Source: an uncultured delta proteobacterium (GTDB lineage: Bacteria; Desulfobacterota; Binatia; Bin18). Taken from it: 64,000 nt of DNA. The translations under genes and the position numbers were made by a program. The stretch covers positions 32,001-96,000 of the forward strand of contig CAVTCR010000019.1 of NCBI GenBank assembly GCA_963733195.1. Direction: 5' to 3'. The notes beneath the pieces were generated by a model. It had not been told where the DNA came from. It saw nothing but the letters and a program-made list of their open reading frames with translations, and made no database searches. This document shows, in pieces, positions 9,608-19,276 of this stretch (its first letter is position 1; each line of letters starts with the position of its first letter).

Positions 9608-10588
9608 TTACGTCTCGCGAAACGCCGGCATCACCTCTTTGGCAAAGCGGCTCAGAAGCTTTCGCTCGGTCGGAGCGAGCGAGATCGTAAAATGGCGAAT
9701 ACCAATATCAGCGAGCGCCTGAATCTGACGGCGTAACTCCTCTGTCGGTCCGTTCAATTGCGCTGAACGCAAGGAGATTGCCTTTTCGACTTCAGCCGGA
9801 TCACGATTTATCTTGCGACAAAGGTCGTCAAAGGTGGTACAAAGCTTCTTGATCTGCTCTGGCTCAACCTCTCGCACCCGTAGGTGCCAGATATTCGCAT
9901 GTCGAGCAATCACTGGCAGGATGAGCTTTGGCCCCTGACCACCAATCAAGATGGGGGGATACGGTTTTTGCACTGTTCTGGGTTGAAACGGCGCATCCTT
10001 GAGTTGGTAGTATTTCCCTGTGTACGTGCTCTTCTCCTGCGTAAACAACAGCTTCATCACCTCTAGAGCTTCGCCAAGCCGTCGCGCCCGGCCACCGTTC
10101 GTAGAGAAGGGAATGCCATAGGCTGTATGCTCCAACTCAAACCATCCGGCCCCAATCCCCAAGATGAGCCGCCCCTGACTCACATGATCCACAGTCGCCG
10201 CCATCTTGGCTAAGACCGCAGGATTGCGATAGGTGTTACTGGTGACCAGCAAACCCACCCGCACTCGCTTGGTCTGCGCGGCCAGAGCGGAAAGCAGCGT
10301 CCACCCTTCAAGACAGGGACCAGTGGGATCAGAGTAGATGGGGATAAAATGGTCAAAAACAAAGGCGGAATCAAATCCTAACTCGTCCGCCTCCTGCCAG
10401 ACTGAGACGAGATCACTATAAGTTACATGCTGAGGAGGAGTCTGTATACCAAAACGCAACTTTCCTGTGGGAGCCGCAACGGCCCACGCCGCCCTCGGCG
10501 CTGGCGCTCGCTCGGTCAGTACGGTAGCGGCCGCTACTGTCCCTACACCCTTCAGAAAGCTTCTTCGCGATACCGAATTGACTGCCAT
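9608..10588 (-). CDS. F420-type LLM oxidoreductase with twin-arginine signal peptide
   Basis: N-term SRRSFLKGVGTVAAA...AWA; GFDSAFVFDHF, EGWTLLSALAAQT, YRNPAVLAKMAATVDHVSQGRLILGIGAGWFELEH; RBS GGAG. Confidence 0.87.
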   Translation of the reverse strand: MAVNSVSRRSFLKGVGTVAAATVLTERAPAPRAAWAVAAPTGKLRFGIQTPPQHVTYSDLVSVWQEADELGFDSAFVFDHFIPIYSDPTGPCLEGWTLLSALAAQTKRVRVGLLVTSNTYRNPAVLAKMAATVDHVSQGRLILGIGAGWFELEHTAYGIPFSTNGGRARRLGEALEVMKLLFTQEKSTYTGKYYQLKDAPFQPRTVQKPYPPILIGGQGPKLILPVIARHANIWHLRVREVEPEQIKKLCTTFDDLCRKINRDPAEVEKAISLRSAQLNGPTEELRRQIQALADIGIRHFTISLAPTERKLLSRFAKEVMPAFRET

Positions 10589-10599
10589 GTATTTCTCCT

Positions 10600-11040
10600 T
10601 CAACTCTTGGCCAGGGTGCGGTCGATGGACCACTTCCCGCCACCGTGGATCATAATGGCGAGGGCGAGGCCGACCGCCAAGATATGGAACTCGAATCCTT
10701 CTCGTACCGGCTGACCGGCCCAATTCATAAAGAAACCAAACTGCCAGTGAACAAAAAATATGGCTCCGAGCATGATGATGCCAATCCCAGCGGCGGAGAC
10801 CCGTGTGAGAAAACCGACGAGCAAACCGAGCCCACCGAAAAACTCACCGATAGTCACCAGTACGGCAATGATGGTCGAAAATCCAAGCTGATGAAAGAGA
10901 TCGATCGTGCCGAAGAATCCTCGACCGCCGAACCAGCCGAGCAGTTTCTGCGCACCGTGCGGGAACATCACAATCCCCAGCGCTAAACGTAACACGAGCG
11001 CCGTTATCGTATCGTCCGTCCGTGTGAGTTGTTGCCACAT
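10600..11040 (-). CDS. DoxX family membrane protein
   Basis: LRLALGIVMFPHGAQKLLGWFGG, EFFGGLGLLVGFLTR, GFFMNW...GFEFH, GGGKWSID. Confidence 0.93.
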   Translation of the reverse strand: MWQQLTRTDDTITALVLRLALGIVMFPHGAQKLLGWFGGRGFFGTIDLFHQLGFSTIIAVLVTIGEFFGGLGLLVGFLTRVSAAGIGIIMLGAIFFVHWQFGFFMNWAGQPVREGFEFHILAVGLALAIMIHGGGKWSIDRTLAKS

Positions 11041-11314
11041 GGGTCCCTCCTTTTGTCCCTACTTATTGCCAGGATGGCCTAGAAATCAACTAGGGCGGTC
11101 TTCCCGAGCAAGGGGAAACCGAGTTAGTGAAGCAAGACCCTAGAGATTACGGTCCTCCTTCTTCTCCCACGATGAGTTCTATGCGTACGATCGGCGTGCC
11201 AACAGCTCACAGCACGCAGAGGCTGTAAGGTTTCCTCGAATCAGCCAGCGTAGAAAAGCTAGCGATGCGGCACAGTGGAGGGCAAAGAACAGAGCATCTG
11301 TCCTTCCTTAAAAA

Positions 11315-11345
11315 GAGATTCTTCGGCCTCCAGCCTCAGAATGAC
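11315..11345. repeat. REP-like element (GAGATTCTTCG...CTCAGAATGAC class)
   Basis: gagattcttcggcctccagcctcagaatgac in the intergenic region. Confidence 0.55.
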
Positions 11346-11372
11346 TACCCCACAAATCTGTGAGGATATCGG

Positions 11373-11720
11373 TCACGCAGCCGCCGGGCTTTTCCCTTTG
11401 GTTTTCTCGCAGGTCGTACAGAGATTATTCACGTTGTCGGGGTCTTCGATCAGCCCCTCATCAAGGTTGTGGCAGATCTTTTTGCACGCTGCACAAATAA
11501 AGTAGATTCCCTCAATCGTTTTGTTGATACGTTCCCGATTGAGCACGCGACCTTTGAGCTTTTCGATCCGGATGCCGAGCAGTTCTTCATAGCGTTTCTT
11601 GATCTTTTTTCGCCCGGCTTCGTCTTTAGGTAGCTCTTCTTCTGAGGCTTCTTCTGTGGGCTCTTCGTCGAAAAGGTTGAGATCTTTTGCTTCTTTGTCT
11701 TTCTTGCGTGTTCGCGGCAT
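11373..11720 (-). CDS. Hypothetical protein: charged N-terminus and C-terminal CxxC...CxxC zinc finger
   Basis: RBS GAGG; FICAACKK...LCTTCEK; protein-like composition. Confidence 0.7.
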   Translation of the reverse strand: MPRTRKKDKEAKDLNLFDEEPTEEASEEELPKDEAGRKKIKKRYEELLGIRIEKLKGRVLNRERINKTIEGIYFICAACKKICHNLDEGLIEDPDNVNNLCTTCEKTKGKSPAAA

Positions 11721-11738
11721 GGTCACCTCTCTTGGGGA

Positions 11739-11909
11739 CTAGCGAGTTCGGCTGACATGGTCAGGATTCTTGTCACACACCCAGAAGAAGCCTTTCATTT
11801 GTCCAAAGCCAGCATATTGCACCACTTTGCTATCACCACCACAGACAGGACATACACGTTTCGTCCGCGACGCGTCGGCCTTTTGCGCGGTTTTTGCTTT
11901 TTCAGCCAC
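11739..11909 (-). CDS. Small 56-aa zinc-ribbon protein (not in ORF track)
   Basis: GGAGGAG RBS before GTG; MAEKAKTAQKADASRTKRVCPVCGGDSKVVQYAGFGQMKGFFWVCDKNPDHVSRTR. Confidence 0.75.
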   Translation of the reverse strand: MAEKAKTAQKADASRTKRVCPVCGGDSKVVQYAGFGQMKGFFWVCDKNPDHVSRTR

Positions 11910-12074
11910 GAGTCTCCTCCAAAAGTAAAAATAATACGGTAGGAATTTTTTTTGTCAGAATGAATCTATCCAGGATAGGAAGGATAGCTTTTACTGTCAA
12001 GGGTTCTTGTCGGTCTAGAGACTGCATGGTACGGTGCGCCGCGCCTTGTAACAGGACGTAAGAGTGAACTCATT

Positions 12075-12929
12075 ATGTCTGACCGCTCGCTGCTCCGCAC
12101 CGGAGAGTCCGTTCTTTTTATCGACACCAAGGAGCGTGAGTATCTCCGTACTCTCAAAGCCGGCAATCGGATTTCCTTGCATGGAGGCTTGTTACCAGCA
12201 GATAACATCATCGGTATTCCCGAAGGCAGTCTCGTACGCAACTCAACTAATGACGCCTTTTGGGTGTTTCGCCCGACTTATGCCCACCTGATACCGAACC
12301 TCCCCCGTCGCGCTCAGGTCATCTACCCGAAAGACGTTGGTATCATGTTGTTATGGGGTGATGTGTTTCCCGGAGCTTCAGTGGTCGAAGTCGGTGCTGG
12401 CCCTGGCTCACTTGCAATTGCACTCTTGCGTGCGATTGGCCCAACCGGCAAACTGACTACCGTCGAAATTCGTGAAGATCACTGTGATATGGCGCGTGAG
12501 AACGTGGCAAAATTCTTTGGTGAAGCGCCCAACTGGACCCTCGTGATCGGTGATGCCTACACCAGTATTGATGTTCAGGACGCGGATCGCCTCTTTATCG
12601 ATGTTCCTGAGCCGTGGCGGGTACTCCCACATGCAGCTCAGGCGCTACGACCAGGTGGGGTGGTGGTTGGCTACAGCCCAACTGTCATCCAGGTAAAGTC
12701 GTTTGTCGATGAACTTCGCTCTTCTCCGTGCTTCACGGCAATCGAGGTCATGGAAAATCTTGTGCGCGGGTGGCACATCAAAGGGCTCTCAGTTCGTCCA
12801 GATCATCGCATGGTCGCGCATACTGGATTCCTTGTTATTGCGCGGCGTACGAGCCTCGATCCGACGAGTACTGAAGTTCTGCCAAATCTTTTGGATGACC
12901 CTGAACCACCTGACGAATTAGAAGAGTAA
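12075..12929 (+). CDS. trmI: tRNA (adenine-N1)-methyltransferase
   Basis: LPRRAQVIYPKD, PGASVVEVGAGPGSL, DVPEPW, SVRPDHRMVAHTGF. Confidence 0.92.
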   Translation: MSDRSLLRTGESVLFIDTKEREYLRTLKAGNRISLHGGLLPADNIIGIPEGSLVRNSTNDAFWVFRPTYAHLIPNLPRRAQVIYPKDVGIMLLWGDVFPGASVVEVGAGPGSLAIALLRAIGPTGKLTTVEIREDHCDMARENVAKFFGEAPNWTLVIGDAYTSIDVQDADRLFIDVPEPWRVLPHAAQALRPGGVVVGYSPTVIQVKSFVDELRSSPCFTAIEVMENLVRGWHIKGLSVRPDHRMVAHTGFLVIARRTSLDPTSTEVLPNLLDDPEPPDELEE

Positions 12930-12934
12930 CGATC

Positions 12935-14209
12935 ATGCCCCAGCGCCGCATCATTCACCTCGATATGGATGCGTTCTATGCGGCGATCGAACAGCGCGAC
13001 TTTCCGGAGCTGCGCGGTAAACCAGTGCTCGTTGGTGGCGACCGGGCACGGGGTGTTGTCGCGACTGCCTCTTATGAAGCTCGACCCTACGGTGTTCATT
13101 CCGCCATGCCGATGGCGCAAGCGCTTAAACTCTGTCCTCAGGCTATCGTGGTTCCGCCACGACGGGAGAAATACCTTGAAGTCTCGCGGCACGTGTTTAC
13201 TATCCTTCGATCATTCACTCCGTTAGTTGAGCCGCTCTCTCTTGACGAGGCGTTTCTCGATGTGACAGCGAGTGAACAACTCTTCGGCACCGCACGTACA
13301 ATCGCTCGTACCATCAAGGAACAGATTTACAGCAACACACAACTCACGGCATCAGCGGGAATAGCATCAACGAAGTTTGTCGCCAAAATTGCGAGTGACA
13401 TGCAAAAGCCGAATGGCTTGGTAGAAGTACGGGATGAAGACGCGTTGTCCTTTCTTCATCCTCTTCCCGTCACGCGATTGTGGGGAGTTGGAAAAGTCAC
13501 CGCTCAATCGCTATCGAACATGGGTATTCGCACGATTGGTGACCTCGCCCGTTGGCCTCGTGAGACATTAGTCTCTCGTTATGGAGCGAATGGTGAGCAC
13601 CTCTTTCAACTAGCCCACGGCATCGACCCGCGCCCAGTTGATCCAAACCAAGAGATGAAATCAATCGGTGAGGAGGAGACGTTCTCACAAGATCTCGATC
13701 AGGACACAGAAGTCCATGCCGCGCTCCTTCGCTACGCACAAACGGTTGCGCGACGGTTGCGTTCGCGGAAGCTGATGGGGCGTACGGTAACAGTAAAGAT
13801 TAAGACCGCCGAACGCTTGGGAGAAGGGCGATTTCGTCTGTATACACGGAGTCACACCCTTCCCTCTCCAACAAACGACGAACAAGAGATCTATCAGACG
13901 GCTCTCGCGCTCTATGCCGTCGTCCCCCGTCGCAGTCAAAAAGTCCGTCTCGCAGGAATCTACGTTAGTAGCATTGAGTCAGAAACGCAGACCCAACAGT
14001 TGTCGTTGTTCACTCCACCGACACATCAGAACGACAAGCGGCAACAGCTCGGCAAACTGATTGACCAACTCACTTCACGTTATGGCAAGAACGTCATCCG
14101 CCTTGGCGAAACACCAAGTACCAGCAAATCGCGACAGCCTGATCCGGGATCGTTTAAAAAAGAAGAACTCTTGGTGGATCCGTTGACGGAAGGGAAGAAA
14201 GGGCGATAA
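12935..14209 (+). CDS. dinB: DNA polymerase IV
   Basis: IIHLDMDAFYA, ATASYEAR.YGVHSAM, SLDEAFLD, KIASDMQKPNG, LWGVG. Confidence 0.95.
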   Translation: MPQRRIIHLDMDAFYAAIEQRDFPELRGKPVLVGGDRARGVVATASYEARPYGVHSAMPMAQALKLCPQAIVVPPRREKYLEVSRHVFTILRSFTPLVEPLSLDEAFLDVTASEQLFGTARTIARTIKEQIYSNTQLTASAGIASTKFVAKIASDMQKPNGLVEVRDEDALSFLHPLPVTRLWGVGKVTAQSLSNMGIRTIGDLARWPRETLVSRYGANGEHLFQLAHGIDPRPVDPNQEMKSIGEEETFSQDLDQDTEVHAALLRYAQTVARRLRSRKLMGRTVTVKIKTAERLGEGRFRLYTRSHTLPSPTNDEQEIYQTALALYAVVPRRSQKVRLAGIYVSSIESETQTQQLSLFTPPTHQNDKRQQLGKLIDQLTSRYGKNVIRLGETPSTSKSRQPDPGSFKKEELLVDPLTEGKKGR

Positions 14210-14239
14210 ATCACACTGAATTGGTGAGTCGAAAACAGA

Positions 14240-14350
14240 AAGGGGCGAAATGGGGAAACGGGTAAATGGGGAAACGGGGAGGAAAAGAAGACTTTCTCTT
14301 CCTTTCGCCTTTTCGCCTCCCACTGTCTCTGTCTCCCCTTCGCCCATTCG
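14240..14350. repeat. Octamer array (GGGGAAAN)n with pyrimidine-rich inverted arm
   Basis: ggcgaaat ggggaaac gggtaaat ggggaaac ... tttcgcct tttcgcct. Confidence 0.7.
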
Positions 14351-14400
14351 TTCCGCGTGACAAGGCATACAGTGGTATTACAAGAAGGAGGGCATAAGTA

Positions 14401-15159
14401 ATGAAGGTCCTATTCGAGAAAAAGGGTCACATCGCCTACGTGACCATCAACCGCCCTGAGCGACTCAATGCGTGCGACTTTGAAACATACGAAACATTAG
14501 CAAAGGTCTGGCGCGAGTTTCGCGATGATCCCGCGCTCCGCGTCGCTATTCTCACCGGCGTAGGCGAGCGGGCGTTTTCTGCTGGTAGCGATATCAAAGC
14601 GAACTATGTCGAACGACCAGGCGAGGAACCGCAGAATATTCTCTTTCCCTTACTCTTTGATCTTTACAAACCCATTATCGCCGCAATCAACGGGCACGCG
14701 AATGGTGGTGGGCTCGAACAGGCGCTGTGTTGCGATATTCGTGTCGCTGCTGAGCATGCACAGTTCGGCTTAGGTGAAGTACGCCTCGGCTGGCTGCCCG
14801 GTGCGGGTGGAACGCAACGACTGCCACGGCTGATTCCGCTCGGTCGTGCCTTAGAAATGCTCTATACCGGAAATCGCATCGGCGCACAGGAGGCGTTACG
14901 TCTGGGATTGGTGGATTATGTGGTCCCGATGAGTCAACTAATGAGCAAGTGCGAGGAGATTGCCACGGAGATCTGCAAAAGCGCACCTTTGGCTGTGCAG
15001 AAGATCAAACAAGCAGCGTTGCGTGGCCTTGACATGTCACTCGCTGACGGGCTCAAACTAGAGCGCGAGTTGTACAACTGGCTGCAAGGAACAGAGGATG
15101 CACGCGAAGGCGCAAAGGCGTTTGCAGAGAAACGATCGCCGCAGTGGCAGGCAAAATAA
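14401..15159 (+). CDS. Enoyl-CoA hydratase/isomerase
   Basis: INRPERLNA, FSAGSD, KPIIAAINGHANGGGLE, GEVRLG..PGAGGTQRL. Confidence 0.95.
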   Translation: MKVLFEKKGHIAYVTINRPERLNACDFETYETLAKVWREFRDDPALRVAILTGVGERAFSAGSDIKANYVERPGEEPQNILFPLLFDLYKPIIAAINGHANGGGLEQALCCDIRVAAEHAQFGLGEVRLGWLPGAGGTQRLPRLIPLGRALEMLYTGNRIGAQEALRLGLVDYVVPMSQLMSKCEEIATEICKSAPLAVQKIKQAALRGLDMSLADGLKLERELYNWLQGTEDAREGAKAFAEKRSPQWQAK

Positions 15160-15175
15160 TAAAGAGGGGCGAACT

Positions 15176-15958
15176 ATGACAACAACATCTCAGGCCGATG
15201 CCATCCGCGAAGCAGCGCGCCTTCTCCTTTCGTCGAAGTATGTCATGGCGCTCACCGGCGCGGGGATTTCGGTGGAGAGCGGGATCCCGCCGTTTCGTGG
15301 TCCAGGTGGGCTATGGACCAAGTACGGCGAGCCACCAATGAATGGCTACGAGATTTTTCTCCGCGATCCTAAGAAAGCCTGGGAGGAGCGATTATCGCCT
15401 AAAGGACCAACCAAAGAAATTTGGTCTGCTCTCAGCACTGCCGATCCCAATCCCGGCCATCATGCTTTTGTGGAGCTAGAACAGATGGGCATTCTGCGCA
15501 GTATGATCACACAGAACGTCGATAATCTGCACAAGCGAGCAGGCAGTCAAAATCTGATCGAGATTCATGGAAATTTCTCATTGATTCGATGTATCGAATG
15601 CAATTCGCGTTACCCCGCCGCAGAGGTCCCATTGAAAGTGCTTCCACCTCCTTGCCCACAGTGCGATGGAATCCTCAAGGCAGATACCGTCTCTTTTGGT
15701 GAGCCGATTCCTCGTGATGCACTCGATGCGTGCTTCCGTGAAGCAGAGCAGTGTGACTGCTTTATCGTTGCCGGGACTTCCGCTACGGTATACCCAGCGG
15801 CATCGTTCCCTCTGGCGGTACGCGAACGAGGCGGCACGCTCATCGAAGTGAACTTATATGAAAGTGAGCTGACCCCGCTTTGCACCTTGAGTTTGCGCGG
15901 CGGATCTGCCGAAGTGATGCCCCAATTGCTCGCCGCGGTGAAAGAGTTACGTCAATGA
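15176..15958 (+). CDS. cobB: Sir2-family NAD-dependent deacylase
   Basis: TGAGISVESGIPPFRG, ITQNVDNLH, EIHG, CxxC/CxxC, GTSATVYPAA. Confidence 0.92.
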   Translation: MTTTSQADAIREAARLLLSSKYVMALTGAGISVESGIPPFRGPGGLWTKYGEPPMNGYEIFLRDPKKAWEERLSPKGPTKEIWSALSTADPNPGHHAFVELEQMGILRSMITQNVDNLHKRAGSQNLIEIHGNFSLIRCIECNSRYPAAEVPLKVLPPPCPQCDGILKADTVSFGEPIPRDALDACFREAEQCDCFIVAGTSATVYPAASFPLAVRERGGTLIEVNLYESELTPLCTLSLRGGSAEVMPQLLAAVKELRQ

Positions 15959-16506
15959 AGAAATGGTTCGCCTTGTCTGCAATTGCTCAGGATCATCCAG
16001 GAATCGTTGCCGATCTCGCTGAACTCATTTACGAATGTGATTGTAACCTCGAAGAGTCGAGCATGACTGTCCTAGGCAGTGAGTTTGCGGTGTTACTGCT
16101 TCTGTCTGGGCAGGGTGTTGATCTGGAGCGTCGTGTGTCCTCGGCGTGTAAACGACTGGAGTGGGAAAAACGCGTCACGGTTTTTCTGCGTCCGCTTGAG
16201 GGAGAGCCCTCTCATTATCGTCCCGGCGAACGCAGCTCCCAATACGAATTGCATGCGACTGGTGTCGACAAAGCTGGAATCGTTGCCCGTATAGCTCGCT
16301 GCTTAGCGGATCACGGAATTAACATTACTGAAATGCACACGCACACGCGCCCGGAACCAGGTAGTGGCACCGCCATCTACACGATGCAGATTCACATGGA
16401 CGTGCCAATGACGGTAGGCATGGTAGCATTCCAAGATCGTCTCGAACACATTGCCGATGAGTTACACATTCATATCGATCTAGTCCCAGATACGAGAAAC
16501 GGGTAG
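15955..16506 (+). CDS. Tandem ACT-domain protein (GcvR-like)
   Basis: AQDHPGIVA...CNLEESSMTVLGSEFA; second ACT GVDKAGIVARI...INI. Confidence 0.85.
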   Translation: MKKWFALSAIAQDHPGIVADLAELIYECDCNLEESSMTVLGSEFAVLLLLSGQGVDLERRVSSACKRLEWEKRVTVFLRPLEGEPSHYRPGERSSQYELHATGVDKAGIVARIARCLADHGINITEMHTHTRPEPGSGTAIYTMQIHMDVPMTVGMVAFQDRLEHIADELHIHIDLVPDTRNG

Positions 16507-16600
16507 AGAACACGAACACGCAACACGTAATACGCAACACGTCACACGTAATATGTCAGGTAAAAGGATAAAAGGATAAAGGAAAAGGGGAAACGAAAAA
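16505..16600. repeat. Heptamer (AACACGN)n followed by octamer (GGATAAAN)n arrays
   Basis: aacacgc aacacgt aatacgc aacacgt cacacgt; ggtaaaa ggataaaa ggataaa. Confidence 0.75.
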
Positions 16601-16635
16601 CATGGGGCGTGATCGTAGAAGAAGGAGGAGTCTCA

Positions 16636-17532
16636 ATGAACGTCGGATTTATTGGTGTTGGCAATATGGGGAACCCAATGGCAGCAAACCTGCTAAAAGC
16701 TGGCCATGCGATGAAGGTCACTGATCTTCGCCGCGAAGCAGCGAAGAATCTAGAAGAGGCGGGAGCAACGTGGGTTAGTAGTGCAAAAGAAGCAGCCACT
16801 GATGTTGATTATGTATTTCTCTCCTTGCCAATGCCTAAAGACGTTGAGAACGTTGTTCTTTCTGAGAATGGCGTGCTCGCGGTAATGAAAAGCGGCAGCA
16901 CTATCGTTGATATGAGCACCAACTCACCAACTGTGGTACGGGGTCTTGCCGAAAAAACCAAGGCTAAAGGCGTTCACTTTCTCGATGCGCCGGTCAGCGG
17001 TGGTGTTCGTGGAGCACGCAATGCTACGTTGGCAATCATGGCAGGAGGGGAGAAAGCGATTTACGACAAATGTGAACCTCTACTCAAAGCGATGGGCGCA
17101 AATGTTTTCTATTGCGGAGATATCGGTGCTGGTAACGTCGTAAAACTGGTGAACAACATGTTAGCCTTCATCCACATGATGGGTGCGGCAGAAGCGGTAG
17201 TGCTTGGCGCGAAGGCTGGTGTCGATCCCAACGTTATCTGGCAAGCGGTGAAAGCCAGCAGTGGCGGCAGTTTCGTCTGGGAATCTGGCACTCGCGCTAT
17301 CTTGCGCGACAAACTCGCTCCTACCTTCACAATTGATCTCGCTCGTAAGGACATCGGCCTTGCAACACAACTCGCGAAAGAGTTTGATGTCCCGCTCACG
17401 ATGGGCAGTGCCGCCGAAGGTCTTATCGATAACTACCAGAAAAATGGCTATGCGAAAGAAGACGTGCTTGCAACAGTGAAAGAGTTAGAAAAACTTGCTG
17501 GTGTCACTGTCCGCGGGACGTGGAAGGAGTAA
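16636..17532 (+). CDS. 3-hydroxyisobutyrate dehydrogenase-family NAD(P) oxidoreductase
   Basis: GFIGVGNMG, DMST, DAPVSGG, KLVNN. Confidence 0.93.
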   Translation: MNVGFIGVGNMGNPMAANLLKAGHAMKVTDLRREAAKNLEEAGATWVSSAKEAATDVDYVFLSLPMPKDVENVVLSENGVLAVMKSGSTIVDMSTNSPTVVRGLAEKTKAKGVHFLDAPVSGGVRGARNATLAIMAGGEKAIYDKCEPLLKAMGANVFYCGDIGAGNVVKLVNNMLAFIHMMGAAEAVVLGAKAGVDPNVIWQAVKASSGGSFVWESGTRAILRDKLAPTFTIDLARKDIGLATQLAKEFDVPLTMGSAAEGLIDNYQKNGYAKEDVLATVKELEKLAGVTVRGTWKE

Positions 17533-17544
17533 GGAAGATTACAA

Positions 17545-17613
17545 GGAATTGGGAGTTGGGAGTTAGGCTTTAGTCTGAAAAACCTAAATCCATAGATCCC
17601 AACATCCCAACTC
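17545..17613. repeat. Heptamer inverted array (GGAGTTG)n/(CCAACTC)n
   Basis: ggaattg ggagttg ggagtta ... cccaacat cccaact cc; same family at 60846-60962. Confidence 0.7.
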
Positions 17614-17631
17614 CTCCGCGGAGCGGAACAC

Positions 17632-18717
17632 ATGCGTCAAACCAACAATCTTCATGTCGTTGATACAACACCGTTAATCACCCCCACGGAACTGAAAGCT
17701 GAACTGCCAATCAGCGAACGTGCAGCGGAAACAGTTGCGTCAACTCGCGATGCGATTCGCGACATCTTGCAGGGTAAAGATCCTCGCCTGATTGCAGTGG
17801 TCGGCCCGTGCTCTATCCACGACGTTGAGGCAGCGCGGGATTATGCCAGTCATCTCATTAAAATCCAGCGAGAGCTGGCTGACCGCCTGTTAGTCATCAT
17901 GCGGGTTTACTTTGAGAAGCCACGCACTACCACAGGATGGAAAGGGTTAATCAATGACCCACATCTCGACGACACCTACGATATGGCAACCGGCCTACGA
18001 TTGGCGCGGAACTTGTTGTTAGACCTTGCCCAAGAAGGATTGCCAGCGGCAACAGAGATGCTCGATCCGATCACGCCGCAATATCTTGCTGAACTGGTCA
18101 CCTGGACTGGCATCGGCGCACGCACTAGTGAGAGTCAAACACATCGTGAGATGGCCTCCGGCTTGTCAATGCCGGTAGGCTTCAAGAACGGGACCGATGG
18201 CAGTATCGCTCCCGCGGTGAATGCTATAAGTTCGGCTCAGCAACCGCACCGTTTTCTTGGCATCGACGGAGAGGGACAGGTCAGCATCGTCAACACCACA
18301 GGTAATCCCGATTGCCATCTAGTGTTACGTGGCGGATCAAACGCACCGAACTATGATCCTGAAAGCGTGAGCATTGCCGAAACCGTCCTCAAACAAGCTC
18401 ATCTCTGCACCCGTATCATGATCGATTGCAGTCATGGCAATTGTCAGAAAGACTTTCGGAAACAGCCACAGGCTCTCTCTAGCGTGGCTTCCCAGATTCG
18501 TGCAGGAAACTCTAGCCTTGGAGGCGTAATGATCGAGAGCAACCTCGTCGCCGGCAAGCAATCGTTTCCTATTCCACGCCATCAACTCGTCTACGGCCAG
18601 AGCATCACCGACCCGTGTGTGGATTTCCCCACGACCGTCACCATGTTGCGAGAATTAGCAGAAGCAACCCAGATGCCGATAAGGAGCAACACAAAGAGTT
18701 TGACGAGAAGTTACTGA
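17632..18717 (+). CDS. 3-deoxy-7-phosphoheptulonate (DAHP) synthase, class I-alpha (AroF/G/H type)
   Basis: GPCSIHD, MRVYFEKPRTTTGWKGLINDP, IGARTSESQTHRE, FKNGTDG, DCSHGN, GQSITDPC. Confidence 0.96.
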   Translation: MRQTNNLHVVDTTPLITPTELKAELPISERAAETVASTRDAIRDILQGKDPRLIAVVGPCSIHDVEAARDYASHLIKIQRELADRLLVIMRVYFEKPRTTTGWKGLINDPHLDDTYDMATGLRLARNLLLDLAQEGLPAATEMLDPITPQYLAELVTWTGIGARTSESQTHREMASGLSMPVGFKNGTDGSIAPAVNAISSAQQPHRFLGIDGEGQVSIVNTTGNPDCHLVLRGGSNAPNYDPESVSIAETVLKQAHLCTRIMIDCSHGNCQKDFRKQPQALSSVASQIRAGNSSLGGVMIESNLVAGKQSFPIPRHQLVYGQSITDPCVDFPTTVTMLRELAEATQMPIRSNTKSLTRSY

Positions 18718-18742
18718 ACATACCGATGAAGGATGGCAAGCT

Positions 18743-19156
18743 ATGCGCAGCTCAGACCACTACAAATCACTCGTCCGCCGCTGGATTACTGAACTGTGGA
18801 ACAAAGGGAACCTCGCGGTGGCAAGCGACGTTTTTGCTTCGACGTATATCCACCGTACTCCGGTAGCGACGTTTCCTGATCTCGCTGCCTTTCTTCAGAT
18901 GATGAGCGACTTTCGCGCTGGAGTACCAGATGTCCAAGTCGCCATTCAGGATTTGTTTGCTGAGGATGATAGGGTCGTGTTTCGCTGGCTGCTCACCGGC
19001 ACTCATCGCGGTACCCTGTTTGGTATTGCCCCGACCAACAAGGCAATCACACACAGTGGGATGACCATTCAACGTGTTGAGAACGGCAAGATCGTCGAAG
19101 CCTGGGCAGAGTTTAATGCCGGCGGGCTGCGGCAGTATTTGCTTGAGGCTTCGTAA
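18743..19156 (+). CDS. SnoaL-like ester cyclase family protein
   Basis: ELWNKGN, PDV....D.FAEDDRVV.RW..TGTHRG..FGIAPTNK, ENGKIVE.W. Confidence 0.88.
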   Translation: MRSSDHYKSLVRRWITELWNKGNLAVASDVFASTYIHRTPVATFPDLAAFLQMMSDFRAGVPDVQVAIQDLFAEDDRVVFRWLLTGTHRGTLFGIAPTNKAITHSGMTIQRVENGKIVEAWAEFNAGGLRQYLLEAS

Positions 19157-19276
19157 CCCGCTTCACGAAGATTCGCGCGGCGGTGTGGACTTTCATAATT
19201 CTCTTTCCTTGTCTGGCCTCGCTATTTTTGCCGAACAATCAATTTCTCATGGCACAAACATACAACCGAGACCAGA

